Notes: a model not told the origin generated them from the sequence alone. A DNA stretch of 64,000 nucleotides from Candidatus Omnitrophota bacterium (GCA_023247255.1 JAHFGV010000005.1:6067-70066); one strand, 5' to 3'. Positions 1-9,425 are shown, numbered from the stretch's first letter. A program made the numbers and translations.

Positions 1-75
1 ATGAGACAGCACGGCAGATCGACCCAGCCACCGGCGACTTCATAAACACAGGGCACAGCTACCCTGATACAGAAA

Positions 76-1071
76 ATGCCTGATCTTCGTGTGAAGATTG
101 GTTCCCTGACGTTACCGAATCCGGTCTTGGTTGCGGCAGGGACCTTTGGTTACGGCCTTGAGTTTACCTCAGCCATCCGCTTGGATCATCTCGGTGCGTT
201 GATTACAAAAACCTTAACCGCAACGCCGCGATCGGGTCATTTGCCCCCCCGTCTTGCCGTTACTCCTTCAGGGATGCTTAACTCTGTTGGGCTGCAGAAC
301 ATTGGACTTGAGGCATTTCTTGAGACGAAGCTTCCACAACTGCGCCGGTATTCGGTGGCAGTGATCGTAAGCGTGTTGGGGGAATCGGCCAAGGAGCTGG
401 CAGAGATGGTCGGACGAATCGATCGTGCCGATGGCGTTTCCGGAGTCGAACTGAATATGTCGTGTCCCAACCTCGAAGAGGGACAGGGGACGGGGGGCGG
501 GGGGCAGGGGGGGGATTCCAGCATTCCCCTGCCCCCTGTCTCGCGCCCCTTGCCCCGTCTTATTGCGCAGGATGCTGAGGCGACGGCTGCGATGGTGCAG
601 GCGGCCCGGGCAAAAACCAGCAAACTTTTGATCGCGAAATTGAGTCCCGACGTCACCGATCTAAGGCCCATCGCGCGAGCGGCCGAGCGGGCAGGGGCCG
701 ATGCCTTGAGCGTGGGGAATACTTTCATCGGGATGAGCCTGGATCCAGAAACCCGTCGGTCCCGTCTGGGTTCCCTCACCGGCGGTTTAAGCGGACCCGC
801 GATTCGTCCGCTTTCACTTTATAGGGTGTGGTATACTGCCCCGGTTGTTCGCATTCCGGTAATCGGTGCAGGGGGTATCGTACAGGCCAAGGATGCCGTT
901 GAGTATTTCCTGGCCGGAGCCAAAGCCGTTGCAGTGGGTACCGCAAACTTTGTGCGACCGGATGCCGCCAGGCAAATCGTCCACGGTATCGAGCGCTACA
1001 TGATTCGACACAAACTAAGCGCCATACACGAACTTTATGGAGCCATCGATTTCCATTCCCCATGGCCGTAA
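76..1071 (+). CDS. pyrD: Dihydroorotate dehydrogenase catalytic subunit (class 1 PyrD), with an in-frame Gly/Pro-rich insertion of about 25 aa after the NMSCPN motif
   Basis: ORF translation has typical PyrD motifs (GYGLEF, NMSCPN, KLSPDV, IGAGGI). The insertion GQGTGGGGQGGDSSIPLPPVSRPLPR is encoded by a G-rich/C-rich foldback at nt ~479-560. Confidence 0.85.
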   Translation: MPDLRVKIGSLTLPNPVLVAAGTFGYGLEFTSAIRLDHLGALITKTLTATPRSGHLPPRLAVTPSGMLNSVGLQNIGLEAFLETKLPQLRRYSVAVIVSVLGESAKELAEMVGRIDRADGVSGVELNMSCPNLEEGQGTGGGGQGGDSSIPLPPVSRPLPRLIAQDAEATAAMVQAARAKTSKLLIAKLSPDVTDLRPIARAAERAGADALSVGNTFIGMSLDPETRRSRLGSLTGGLSGPAIRPLSLYRVWYTAPVVRIPVIGAGGIVQAKDAVEYFLAGAKAVAVGTANFVRPDAARQIVHGIERYMIRHKLSAIHELYGAIDFHSPWP

Positions 1072-1832
1072 GGCAGCTCAAATCAGGCGTTCCTGTAGAT
1101 TATCGAGGCACGGTTGACCATCCCCGAGTTGCTTCCGACCGTTTGATCGTGGCGTTGGACTCCGCTGATTTGCCATCCGCGCTTGCCATGGCCAGGCGCC
1201 TTAAGGGTATCGTACGGATGGTTAAAATCGGAAGCGTCCTTTTCACCGCTTGTGGGCCTGTGGCGATTCGTAAAATAAAACAGTTGGGCTTCGACGTCAT
1301 GTTGGATTTGAAATTTTTCGATATCCCCTCCACCATCGAGATGAGTTGCCGCGCGGCCGCGCGTCATCGAGTGTCTTTGCTTACGGTGCATGCCACCGGC
1401 CAGCGTCCGATGTTAGAGGCGGCTGTGCGCGGAGCAACCGAGGAGGCTTGGCGTCTTGGCTTGCCTGTTCCAGATGTGCTTGCCGTTACCGTTCTGACCA
1501 GTGTGGGAGAAAACAACCGGCGTTCGATAAGCGCCCAGGTGCTGAGATTGGCTGAGCAAGCAAGACAAGCCCATTGCCCAGGGGTAGTGGCATCCGCACA
1601 GGAAGCGGCGAAGCTTCGCAAGCGTTTTGGCCAGCAGCTGAGGATTCTCTGCCCAGGCATCCGAGCATCCAGCGCTGGAGGGGACGATCAGCACCGGGTG
1701 GCAACACCCAGCCAGGCGCTCTTGGCCGGGGCCGATTGGTTGGTGGTGGGTCGACCCATCACTGCGTCTGTCGATCCGCGTCAGGCTACGAAGCGGATCC
1801 TCAAGGAGATGGAGGCGGCAACGGAATGTTGA
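1062..1832 (+). CDS. pyrF: Orotidine 5'-phosphate decarboxylase; start codon uncertain, overlaps the pyrD stop
   Basis: LIVALD...KIGSVLF...DLKFFDIPSTIE...LTVH motifs typical of PyrF. Confidence 0.8.
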   Translation: MAVRQLKSGVPVDYRGTVDHPRVASDRLIVALDSADLPSALAMARRLKGIVRMVKIGSVLFTACGPVAIRKIKQLGFDVMLDLKFFDIPSTIEMSCRAAARHRVSLLTVHATGQRPMLEAAVRGATEEAWRLGLPVPDVLAVTVLTSVGENNRRSISAQVLRLAEQARQAHCPGVVASAQEAAKLRKRFGQQLRILCPGIRASSAGGDDQHRVATPSQALLAGADWLVVGRPITASVDPRQATKRILKEMEAATEC

Positions 1833-2422
1833 CACGCGATCAGCTTCTTGCCATCTTTCGCCAGTGCAACGCCCTTCAGCGAGGGCATTTTGAACTCTCT
1901 TCAGGGCTGCATAGTGGGCACTACTTTCAATGCGCGCAGTTTTTGCAACACCCGAAACTAGCTGCTACCGTCTGCCGCGAGCTTGCCCGGCGATTTGTGT
2001 CGCGCAAGCCAACCGTCGTGATCGGTCCGGCGACGGGAGGCATCATCGTGGCGTATGAAGTTGCCCGAGCCCTGAGGGGCAGGGCCCTCTACGCCGAGCG
2101 GGTCGATGCCGAGATGCAATTGCGTCGCGGGTTCACCGTGACGAAGTTGGATCGGGTGCTTTTAGTGGAAGATGTGGTCACAACCGGAGAGTCTGCCCGG
2201 AAGGTGGCGGAGTTGGTAGAGGCTATGGGTGCGAAGGTAGTCGGCATCGGTGCCGTTGTGGATCGCTCCGGCGGCAAGGTTCGTTTCCGAGGCTGTCGTT
2301 ACGAAAAGCTGCTGGAACTGGACTTTGAGCACTTCGGACCGCACGACTGCCCCCTGTGTAACGAGCACATCCCTTTGACCCATCCGGGTCGGCCGAAAAA
2401 AGGCATGTTCCAAGAGAAATAA
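1826..2422 (+). CDS. pyrE: Orotate phosphoribosyltransferase
   Basis: ATG at 1826 in the frame of ORF 1574..2422. PRPP-binding motif VLLVEDVVTTGES. Confidence 0.85.
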   Translation: MLTRDQLLAIFRQCNALQRGHFELSSGLHSGHYFQCAQFLQHPKLAATVCRELARRFVSRKPTVVIGPATGGIIVAYEVARALRGRALYAERVDAEMQLRRGFTVTKLDRVLLVEDVVTTGESARKVAELVEAMGAKVVGIGAVVDRSGGKVRFRGCRYEKLLELDFEHFGPHDCPLCNEHIPLTHPGRPKKGMFQEK

Positions 2423-2429
2423 TAATGAG

Positions 2430-2644
2430 GATTGTGTCCTATTCCAAGAGAAGTAATGAGGATTGTGTCATGTTTCATGAGTCATGTGTCATGAGAGACT
2501 GTTTCATGTGTTATGTGTCATGAAAAAAGCAGAAAATAAACAGGCATCTCAAGCACGGCCAAAGTACGCCTTTTGCTTTCCATGACTCATGACACATAAA
2601 ACATGAAACATGACACAGACGTGAGTACTGGAGCTTAGAACCGT
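2430..2644. repeat. Cluster of short inverted/direct repeats built on CATGACACAT / ATGTGTCATG motifs, forming a long imperfect palindrome around a central A-rich core
   Basis: Seen directly: tcatgtttcatgagtcatgtgtcatg (2466-2492) versus catgactcatgacacataaaacatgaaacatgacaca (2581-2617), and a tandem ggattgtgtc duplication at 2431-2470. Confidence 0.6.
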
Positions 2645-2699
2645 GACTCATGAAACAGACGTGAGCACTGCCACTAACCGCGATGCATTTTGAAAACCC
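2645..2699 (+). repeat. 55-bp dispersed repeat, copy 1 (near-identical copy at 40158-40213), immediately upstream of the nuoJ start
   Basis: gactcatgaaacagacgtgagcactgccactaaccgcgatgcattttgaaaaccc versus 40158-40213 with 2 mismatches. Confidence 0.6.
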
Positions 2700-2719
2700 T
2701 CAGATCTAAGAGGTTCACC

Positions 2720-3247
2720 ATGCCTCACGAGTCGATCATCCGAGCCACGGTCGGCGTACTCTTAAGCGGCCTGATCCTCACGGCCGCCTTTTGGGTCGTG
2801 GCGTTACGGAATCTTTTTCGCGCCACCCTCAGCTTAGGGCTTGTCTTGGTCGGGGTGGCTTGTGTCTTTCTTTTGCTTGAAGCGGAGTTCTTGGCATTTG
2901 TTCAGATTTTGGTCTATGTGGGTGCGATTCTGACTTTGGTTGTGTTCGCCGTCATGTTAACGGCTCGTCTGCACATCAGCCCCGCCACACGGGTGACTCA
3001 CCGCCAAGATTCCTGGCTCGCGGGTGCGGCAGCCCTAGCCCTGTTTGGATTATTGGTCTGGGCCACGCAATCGTTGACATTTCCCCAGCGCTTGGCCGTG
3101 GAGTCGGTCCGGTTAACCGCTGTGGGCCAGCAATTCATTACGACTCTGATTTTACCCTTTGAGGCGATCTCCCTGATTTTTGTGGCGGCCATGGTAGGTG
3201 CCATTGCTTTGGTGACTCGTCAATTCCCGCCGTCGGCTGAGCCCTAA
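2720..3247 (+). CDS. nuoJ: NADH-quinone oxidoreductase subunit J
   Basis: RBS aagagg 8 nt upstream of the ATG at 2720. Motif FVQILVYVGAILTLVVFAVML. Confidence 0.8.
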   Translation: MPHESIIRATVGVLLSGLILTAAFWVVALRNLFRATLSLGLVLVGVACVFLLLEAEFLAFVQILVYVGAILTLVVFAVMLTARLHISPATRVTHRQDSWLAGAAALALFGLLVWATQSLTFPQRLAVESVRLTAVGQQFITTLILPFEAISLIFVAAMVGAIALVTRQFPPSAEP

Positions 3248-3287
3248 CAGGTTACAGGAAAATGCCCTGTTTGCTCAAAGCTAACAA

Positions 3288-3550
3288 TGGGGGGAACGGG
3301 GTGGGAGACGTGGGGCGTGGGAGAACAGATTACAAGAGATAAAAAGTCCTACAACCGGTTTTAAAAAAGGGTTCTTCTGGTTTTGCAGTGGGTAAAAGGA
3401 GCAACACTTCCCTCTCCCAAAGGGAGAGGGAGAAGGGCATGCCCATATATCCCGGAAGCGCCTAAAAAAGAACGGGCGATGTCTAGCTTTCAAGATTTAT
3501 GGAGTGCTATTCGCACTTCCCTCGCCCCCCGCCCCGTTCCCTTTACCCCG
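3288..3550. repeat. G-rich / C-rich inverted-repeat element (MITE/REP-like) with an internal perfect 9-bp hairpin, splitting nuoJ from nuoK
   Basis: Arm ggggaacggggtgggagacgtggggcgtgggag (3291-3323) versus arm ccctcgccccccgccccgttccc (3519-3541). Hairpin ccctctccc-aaa-gggagaggg at 3411-3431. Confidence 0.55.
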
Positions 3551-3603
3551 GATGCGGGTTTTTCAGCAGTCTGCTGATAGCAAGGATATTGAAACGTAAA
3601 CTC

Positions 3604-3903
3604 ATGGAGCTGCGGATTCTACTTTGGTTGTCTTGCGGTTTGTTCTCGATTGGGGTCTACGGGATGCTGACTCGGCGACACGCGATCGGTCTTTTGCTTG
3701 CCCTGGAACTCATGCTCAACGCCGCGGCCTTGAACTTCGTGCTCTTTAGTCGATGGTTCGGCCATGTGCAGGCGCAAGCCTTCGCGCTTTTCATCATCGC
3801 CCTGGCTGCCTGTGAGGCGGTGGTTGGGCTTGCGATTATCATCAGCCTGGCCCGCAGCGCCCACACCGTACTCGTCGATGAAGCGAGCCTCTTAAAAGGA
3901 TGA
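3604..3903 (+). CDS. nuoK: NADH-quinone oxidoreductase subunit K
   Basis: MELRILLWLS...LELMLNAAALNFV, about 99 aa. Confidence 0.85.
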   Translation: MELRILLWLSCGLFSIGVYGMLTRRHAIGLLLALELMLNAAALNFVLFSRWFGHVQAQAFALFIIALAACEAVVGLAIIISLARSAHTVLVDEASLLKG

Positions 3904-5816
3904 AGATGCTTTTGTGGATTCCAGGCCTGCCTTTGTTGGCCGCTGCGATATTGCTGCTCGTTGGCAGACGCTTGGGACGCTGGAGTTCTCATGTGGCGAT
4001 TGCCGCCATGAGTGGTTCGGCGGCGTTGGTCTTCTTGATAGGGAGCTGGATTCTCGATGGTCATCGGTTAGGGGTGCGCTGGATATGGTTGTCCGCGCAA
4101 AAGCCACAGTGGTCGCTGGGTCTGGCCGTCGACGGATTGAGCTGGATCATGCTCGTTGTCGTTACCCTGATCGGTACGATGATTATGGTCTACTCAGTGG
4201 GCTACATGCACGCAGACGCACGGTTCAGTCGGTTTTTCGCCTACCTGTGTCTTTTCTGTGCTTCCATGCTGGGGTTGGTGATGGCCGATCATTTTTTACT
4301 GCTCTATGGCTGCTGGGAGCTCGTCGGGCTGTGTTCCTATTTATTGATCAGCTTCTGGTTTGAAAAGCCGGCTGCAGCCGCCGCGGGCCGGAAGGCTTTT
4401 ATCACGACTCGCATTGGGGATACGGGGCTGTTGCTGGGCATCTTTCTCTTAGCCCTGACGGTTGGCGATCTTCGTCTTCAGAATCTGGAAGTTATCCGTG
4501 CGCAGTTGAGCGAACGTTCCTGGCTCTTGACTCTGATCAGTACATTGATTTTTGTGGGAGCCATGGGCAAGTCCGCGCAAATTCCTCTTCATGTCTGGCT
4601 GCCGGATGCGATGGAGGGTCCGACTGCCGTATCCGCCCTCATCCATGCAGCGACGATGGTAGCGGCCGGGGTGTATCTTGTGGCGCGCAGTTTTGTTTTG
4701 TTCACCCCGCAGAGCCTCCAGGGGGTGTTGATCGTCGGACTGCTTACCCATCTTTTGGCCGGGACCGTCGCCCTGACGATGACCGACATCAAAAAGGTCC
4801 TGGCCTACTCGACCATCAGCCAGTTGGGGTTGATGATGACGGCCCTGGGTCTTGGGGCGCAGGCGGCGGCGATGTTTCACCTGTTCACTCATGCGTTCTT
4901 CAAGGCACTTTTGTTTTTGGCGGCCGGCAGCGTCATCCATGCTACCCATCAACAGGATCTTTCCCAGCTCGGTGGACTCTTCCGAAAGATGCGCGCGACG
5001 GCGATTTTGTTTCTCATCGGCGTTCTGTCGATGAGCGGTTTTCCCTTTCTGAGCGGATTCTGGAGCAAGGATGCAATCTTGGCGGCTGCGTTACACGATG
5101 TGCCGGCGCTCTTCTGGACGTTACTGGCTGGGGCGGTTTTGACAGCGAGTTATACATTCCGGTTGTTTCTGCGGTGCTTTCACGGCGAGTCGGCAGACGC
5201 AAGAGGGCACACAGCACACAGCGTGCATGAATCGCCGGCTATCATGCTTATACCCATGGCGGTCTTGGCTCTTGGAGCGGTCTTCGCCGGTCTTTTAGGA
5301 TCGCCGTGGCTGCATCAGCCGATCTTTCATCTGCTCGGTTCAAAACGCCTGCATGAAGGGATCGATGTGCCGATTTTGCTTTTGTCGAGCGGCGCTGTGG
5401 CTGTCGGATTCGCTCTGGCGTGGCTTTCGGGTTTCAAACGCCAGCTGCACCTGCCTGAATCCTTGCGTCCGTTGGGTCAATTTTTCTATCGGCTTTCGGT
5501 GAACAAATACTATGTGGATGAGGCTTATGACCGCTGGATCGTTCAGCCGTTTCAAGCAGCGACCCGCCGATTGTCCCAGTTTGATCAGCGCGTCATTGAT
5601 GGCAGCGTCAATGGGGTCGCCGAGTTGGGCTGGAAGCTCGGTCAGGGGAAAGAGCGTTTTGACGCCAAGGTTATCGATCGGCTCGTCAACGGCATTGCCA
5701 GTTCCACGCGCCGGATGGCGATGGGGCTTCGGCTGATTCAAACCGGTGTGATTCAAAACTACCTGCTGGCTGTTGTGGTCTCAGTGGTTGTGTTCGCCTG
5801 GCTGTTGCGTCCATAA
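3900..5816 (+). CDS. nuoL: NADH-quinone oxidoreductase subunit L
   Basis: 638 aa. WLPDAMEGPTAVSALIHAATMVAAGVYL motif. Confidence 0.9.
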   Translation: MKMLLWIPGLPLLAAAILLLVGRRLGRWSSHVAIAAMSGSAALVFLIGSWILDGHRLGVRWIWLSAQKPQWSLGLAVDGLSWIMLVVVTLIGTMIMVYSVGYMHADARFSRFFAYLCLFCASMLGLVMADHFLLLYGCWELVGLCSYLLISFWFEKPAAAAAGRKAFITTRIGDTGLLLGIFLLALTVGDLRLQNLEVIRAQLSERSWLLTLISTLIFVGAMGKSAQIPLHVWLPDAMEGPTAVSALIHAATMVAAGVYLVARSFVLFTPQSLQGVLIVGLLTHLLAGTVALTMTDIKKVLAYSTISQLGLMMTALGLGAQAAAMFHLFTHAFFKALLFLAAGSVIHATHQQDLSQLGGLFRKMRATAILFLIGVLSMSGFPFLSGFWSKDAILAAALHDVPALFWTLLAGAVLTASYTFRLFLRCFHGESADARGHTAHSVHESPAIMLIPMAVLALGAVFAGLLGSPWLHQPIFHLLGSKRLHEGIDVPILLLSSGAVAVGFALAWLSGFKRQLHLPESLRPLGQFFYRLSVNKYYVDEAYDRWIVQPFQAATRRLSQFDQRVIDGSVNGVAELGWKLGQGKERFDAKVIDRLVNGIASSTRRMAMGLRLIQTGVIQNYLLAVVVSVVVFAWLLRP

Positions 5817-5849
5817 ATTCCGCAGTTTTTAGCAGGATGCTAAAAGACC

Positions 5850-6330
5850 CACGGGATGCTAGAGTGCCTAACATAATGATCGCATGGTCGCGCTGGGCGT
5901 AATTGCTTCGATGCGCAAGACGCCAGGAGGAAGCCGTACTGATCCATAGAAGTACGGTGACGACGAGCAACGCAGCGCGGCGAAGCAATTCCGCCCAGCC
6001 CTTAGGGTTGCACTGAAAGATGGCCATCTGCTGCGTCGTTCCTCCTCGGCGTAGCGCTCCTTCGGCTACGCCTTCGTCGTCACTCCTTGCATCTGGGCCA
6101 TCTTTCAGTGCAACGCGGCCATGTGCTCATTATGTTAGGCACTCTTAGGCTGCTCAAAAAGGTGCGAGATGCAAGGCGCAGCTCGATTCGGCTGAGTCCT
6201 TTGACTATCGCTCAGGACTCAGCCCTGAGCAACGTCGAAGGGCTGAGGAGGCGCGTACTTTCAAGTACGCTGACGAAGCCGTCAGGCATACAACGCAGCA
6301 GATGTGTCTTTTTCAGCAGCCTGCTTAGGG
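5850..6330. repeat. Hairpin-dense nested inverted-repeat element (MITE-like or structured RNA) in the nuoL-nuoM intergenic region
   Basis: Terminal inverted repeat agagtgcctaacataatga (5861-5879) / tcattatgttaggcactct (6126-6144). Inner inverted repeat gttgcactgaaagatggcc (6007) / ggccatctttcagtgcaac (6097). Further hairpins at 5893/5979, 5933-5960, 6181-6215 and 6247-6290. Confidence 0.6.
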
Positions 6331-6340
6331 AGATGCGCAC

Positions 6341-7792
6341 ATGCTAAGTGTTTTGTTACTGTGTCCACTCATCGGGATGTTGGTGGTCTTGGCCTTGCCC
6401 AAGACAGCCGTGCGGGCCATTCGGTTTGTCGCTTTGCTCGCAAGCGGGCTGGCCTTGGCTTTTGCGATCCAGTTGTTCCAGTTCTTCCGGCCACAAGAGG
6501 CAATCCAGTTAGTCGAGCGGATAGTCTGGATCCCGCAGATGCGCATTTTCTATCACGTCGGTGTGGATGGGCTTAGCCTGCCTCTTGTGTTTTTAACCGT
6601 TCTGTTAGGGTTCATCGCCTGTCTGGCTTCCGCCTCCATCACCGAGCGTCAGAAAGAGTACTACGCCCTGTACCTGCTGTTGGAGATGGGGATGCTGGGC
6701 ACGTTCATGGCATTGGATTTTTTCTTGTTCTATGTCTTCTGGGAAGTGGTGTTGGTGCCGATGTATTTCTTGATCGGCATCTGGGGCGGCGGTCGTCGGG
6801 AATACTCGGCTTTTAAGTTTTTTGTCTACACCCTCGCCGGCAGCCTGGCGATATTGTTGGCCATCTTGATGCTTTATTTCCGCACGGGGACCTTTGATAT
6901 GGTTGCCCTTGCGCAGATGGGACCGTTGCTAGAGCCGGATCTCCAACGACTGCTTTTTGTGGCGTTCTTCTTGGGATTCGCCATCAAGGTTCCGGTTTTT
7001 CCATTCCACACCTGGCTTCCGGATGCGCACGTCGATGCCCCCACCCCGATCAGCGTCCTGTTGGCCGGGGTGTTGCTGAAAATGGGAGGCTACGGCTTTT
7101 TCCGTATCGCCTATCCTATCTGCCCTGAGGGGGCGCAATGGGCAGCAGGGGCGATGGCCGTTTTGGGGATGATCAACATTGTCTACGGCGCTTTCGTTGC
7201 GATGGCCCAGACCGATTTTAAGAAACTCGTCGCCTACTCTTCCGTTTCCCATATGGGATTTGTCCTGCTTGGGCTGGCGAGCCTTCAGACGGAAGGCGTC
7301 AACGGGGCATTGTTGCAGATGTTCAATCACGGCACGATCACCGGTGGCATGTTCTTGTTAGTCGGCGTGCTCTATGATCGGGCGCACACCCGAGACCTCA
7401 ATGCCTTCGGCGGGCTGGGCGCGCACATGCCTAAGTTTTCAGGATTGCTTATTTTTTTCGGGCTGGCTTCTTTAGGGCTTCCGGGTTTGAGTGGATTTGT
7501 GGGGGAATTTTTGTCTCTGCTGGGGGCCTTCGGGGTCTGGCGATGGCAGACGGTCGTCTCAGTGCTAGGAATCGTCGTCGCGGCGGCCTATATCCTCACG
7601 GCGATTCAGCGAGTCTTGCTGGGGCCGCCAAACGAACGCTGGAAAAATCTGCCGGATGTCAATCCGAGAGAGATGGCCAGCTTGATCCCGCTCGTTGTGC
7701 TTATCTTGGCGTTGGGGGTTTATCCTTTGTTATTGATCGATCTTCAGGATGGAGCGGTTCAGCAGTTTATCGCCCACGTCAAAGGACCGTAG
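6341..7792 (+). CDS. nuoM: NADH-quinone oxidoreductase subunit M
   Basis: 483 aa. HTWLPDAHVDAPTPISVLLAG motif. Confidence 0.9.
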   Translation: MLSVLLLCPLIGMLVVLALPKTAVRAIRFVALLASGLALAFAIQLFQFFRPQEAIQLVERIVWIPQMRIFYHVGVDGLSLPLVFLTVLLGFIACLASASITERQKEYYALYLLLEMGMLGTFMALDFFLFYVFWEVVLVPMYFLIGIWGGGRREYSAFKFFVYTLAGSLAILLAILMLYFRTGTFDMVALAQMGPLLEPDLQRLLFVAFFLGFAIKVPVFPFHTWLPDAHVDAPTPISVLLAGVLLKMGGYGFFRIAYPICPEGAQWAAGAMAVLGMINIVYGAFVAMAQTDFKKLVAYSSVSHMGFVLLGLASLQTEGVNGALLQMFNHGTITGGMFLLVGVLYDRAHTRDLNAFGGLGAHMPKFSGLLIFFGLASLGLPGLSGFVGEFLSLLGAFGVWRWQTVVSVLGIVVAAAYILTAIQRVLLGPPNERWKNLPDVNPREMASLIPLVVLILALGVYPLLLIDLQDGAVQQFIAHVKGP

Positions 7793-7879
7793 TTTGTCTT
7801 TCGTGAAACACCCCTCGATAAGGATAGACATAAACTATAGAGAGCTTCTCCTTCACGAGATACGCTACGAGCTACGAAA

Positions 7880-9383
7880 AATGAGTGCTCTGTTACTTGA
7901 GAGTCTACGCGCTTGGTGGCCTGAAACTATCCTAAGCTTCGGGGCATTGGGGGTGTTGCTACTGGGAGCCTGGGTCCGTCCGGCTGGTCCCTCGAAGGCC
8001 ACAAGCAACGGCGGCCTCTTTGCCGCCGAGACGTCTACCACGAGTACCCGTCTATTTTGGATCGCAAGTGGGGTGATCCTCGTTGCCTCAGGGGTGGCGC
8101 TTTGGTTTTCTCCGACGAGCCCGGACAGCGAGACCTTCTTTGGTTTGATCATCTGCGATCCGCTCAGCCGGGTTCTTCGGTGGATTGCCTTGGCAACGAC
8201 GGCTTTGGTTATCCTGATGGTCGTAGATTCCCGTGAGGTTGTTTCCCATCGCAGGGGTGAGTACGTGGGGCTTTTGCTGCTGATCGGTCTGGGGCTCATG
8301 CTCATGGCGGAGGCGAATCATCTGCTGATGGCCTATGTGGCGATGGAGCTGGTCAGTTTGAGTTCTTATGTCTTGGTGGGGTTCTTGGACCAGCGGCGAT
8401 CCGCCGAGGCGGCGCTCAAGTATCTGTTCTTCGGAGCCTTGTCCTCAGCGGTGATGCTTTTCGGGATGTCTCTTCTGTTCGGGCTCACAGGGCAGTTGGG
8501 TTTCCCCGACATCCTTCAAGCGCTGATGCGTCCGGTAGCCGGTTCAGGGGCGCTGATGATGGTGGCCGTGACCTTTCTTCTGGCAGGGCTCGCCTTTAAG
8601 ATTTCCATGGTGCCTTTTCACATGTGGACGCCGGATGCCTACGAAGGGGCTCCGGTGCCTGTGGCTGCTTTTTTGTCCGTAGGTCCTAAAGCGGCGGGGC
8701 TTGCCCTGTTGCTTCGAGTAATGACTGCGCTGGGGCCGAGATGGCCGGATCTGGAGCCGCTTATCCTGAGCCTTACGATTGTGACGATGACTTTAGGCAA
8801 TCTGGTAGCCATTGTGCAGACGAATGTGAAGCGGCTGCTTGCCTATTCGACGATCGCTCAGGTGGGCTATCTTTTGATTGGATTCTCTGTCAATTCCAAC
8901 CTGGGATTGCAAGCCATCCTCGTTTACCTGGTGGCTTACATGTTCATGAATCTGGGGGTTTTTGCTTGTGCGGTGGCGGTCGTGAATGATTCGGGAAACG
9001 AATCCCTGGAGGCCTTTCGAGGGCTGGCGCAACGCTCGCCGGTCCTTGCGTTTTTATGCACGCTGTTTCTCCTTTCCTTGGCGGGCATTCCCCCGCTTCT
9101 GGGATTTTTCGGAAAGTTCCTTCTCTTCGGGGCCGCGGTCGAATCGGGACAGATCGTTCTTGCTATCGCGGGCGTCGTAAACAGCGCGGTGGCGCTCTAC
9201 TACTATATCAACCTGGTACGACTGATGTACCTATTGGATCCTCAACAGGCTCGCCCCCTGCATCTTAAGCTTCCCCTGCGGCTGGCTGTGGTTCTCTGCG
9301 GGGTCGGGACACTATGGCTTGGCTTATTCCCCAACGAGTTGGTGGCGTTGCTTCGAGGGTCTTCGTTCATCAGCTTGTTCTAA
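7880..9383 (+). CDS. nuoN: NADH-quinone oxidoreductase subunit N; start taken at the internal ATG 7880
   Basis: MVPFHMWTPDAYEGAPVPVAAF motif. The upstream part of ORF 7749.. overlaps nuoM and is likely not coding. Confidence 0.85.
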
Positions 9384-9395
9384 GCCGTGAAAATT

Positions 9396-9425
9396 TTCAC
9401 AAAGCGAAGGCTCTTGTGTTATAAT
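9396..9425 (+). promoter_or_regulatory. Candidate sigma70-type promoter for the atp operon (TTCACA - 18 nt - TATAAT)
   Basis: -35 ttcaca at 9396-9401 and -10 tataat at 9420-9425, followed by the GC hairpin ccccccacctgtggggg. Confidence 0.35.

Noticed and set aside
2430-2644. Possible CRISPR array
   Set aside because: The repeats are short, irregularly spaced and arranged palindromically rather than as regular repeat-spacer units. No cas genes are present.
3914-4363. 149-aa alternate-frame ORF inside nuoL, and similar nested ORFs throughout
   Set aside because: They overlap well-supported genes in other frames and are compositionally biased.
5686-6347. ORFs 5686..6027 (-) and 6087..6347 (+)
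   Set aside because: Both lie inside the nested inverted-repeat element, and their translations mirror each other because of the palindrome, so they are not genes.
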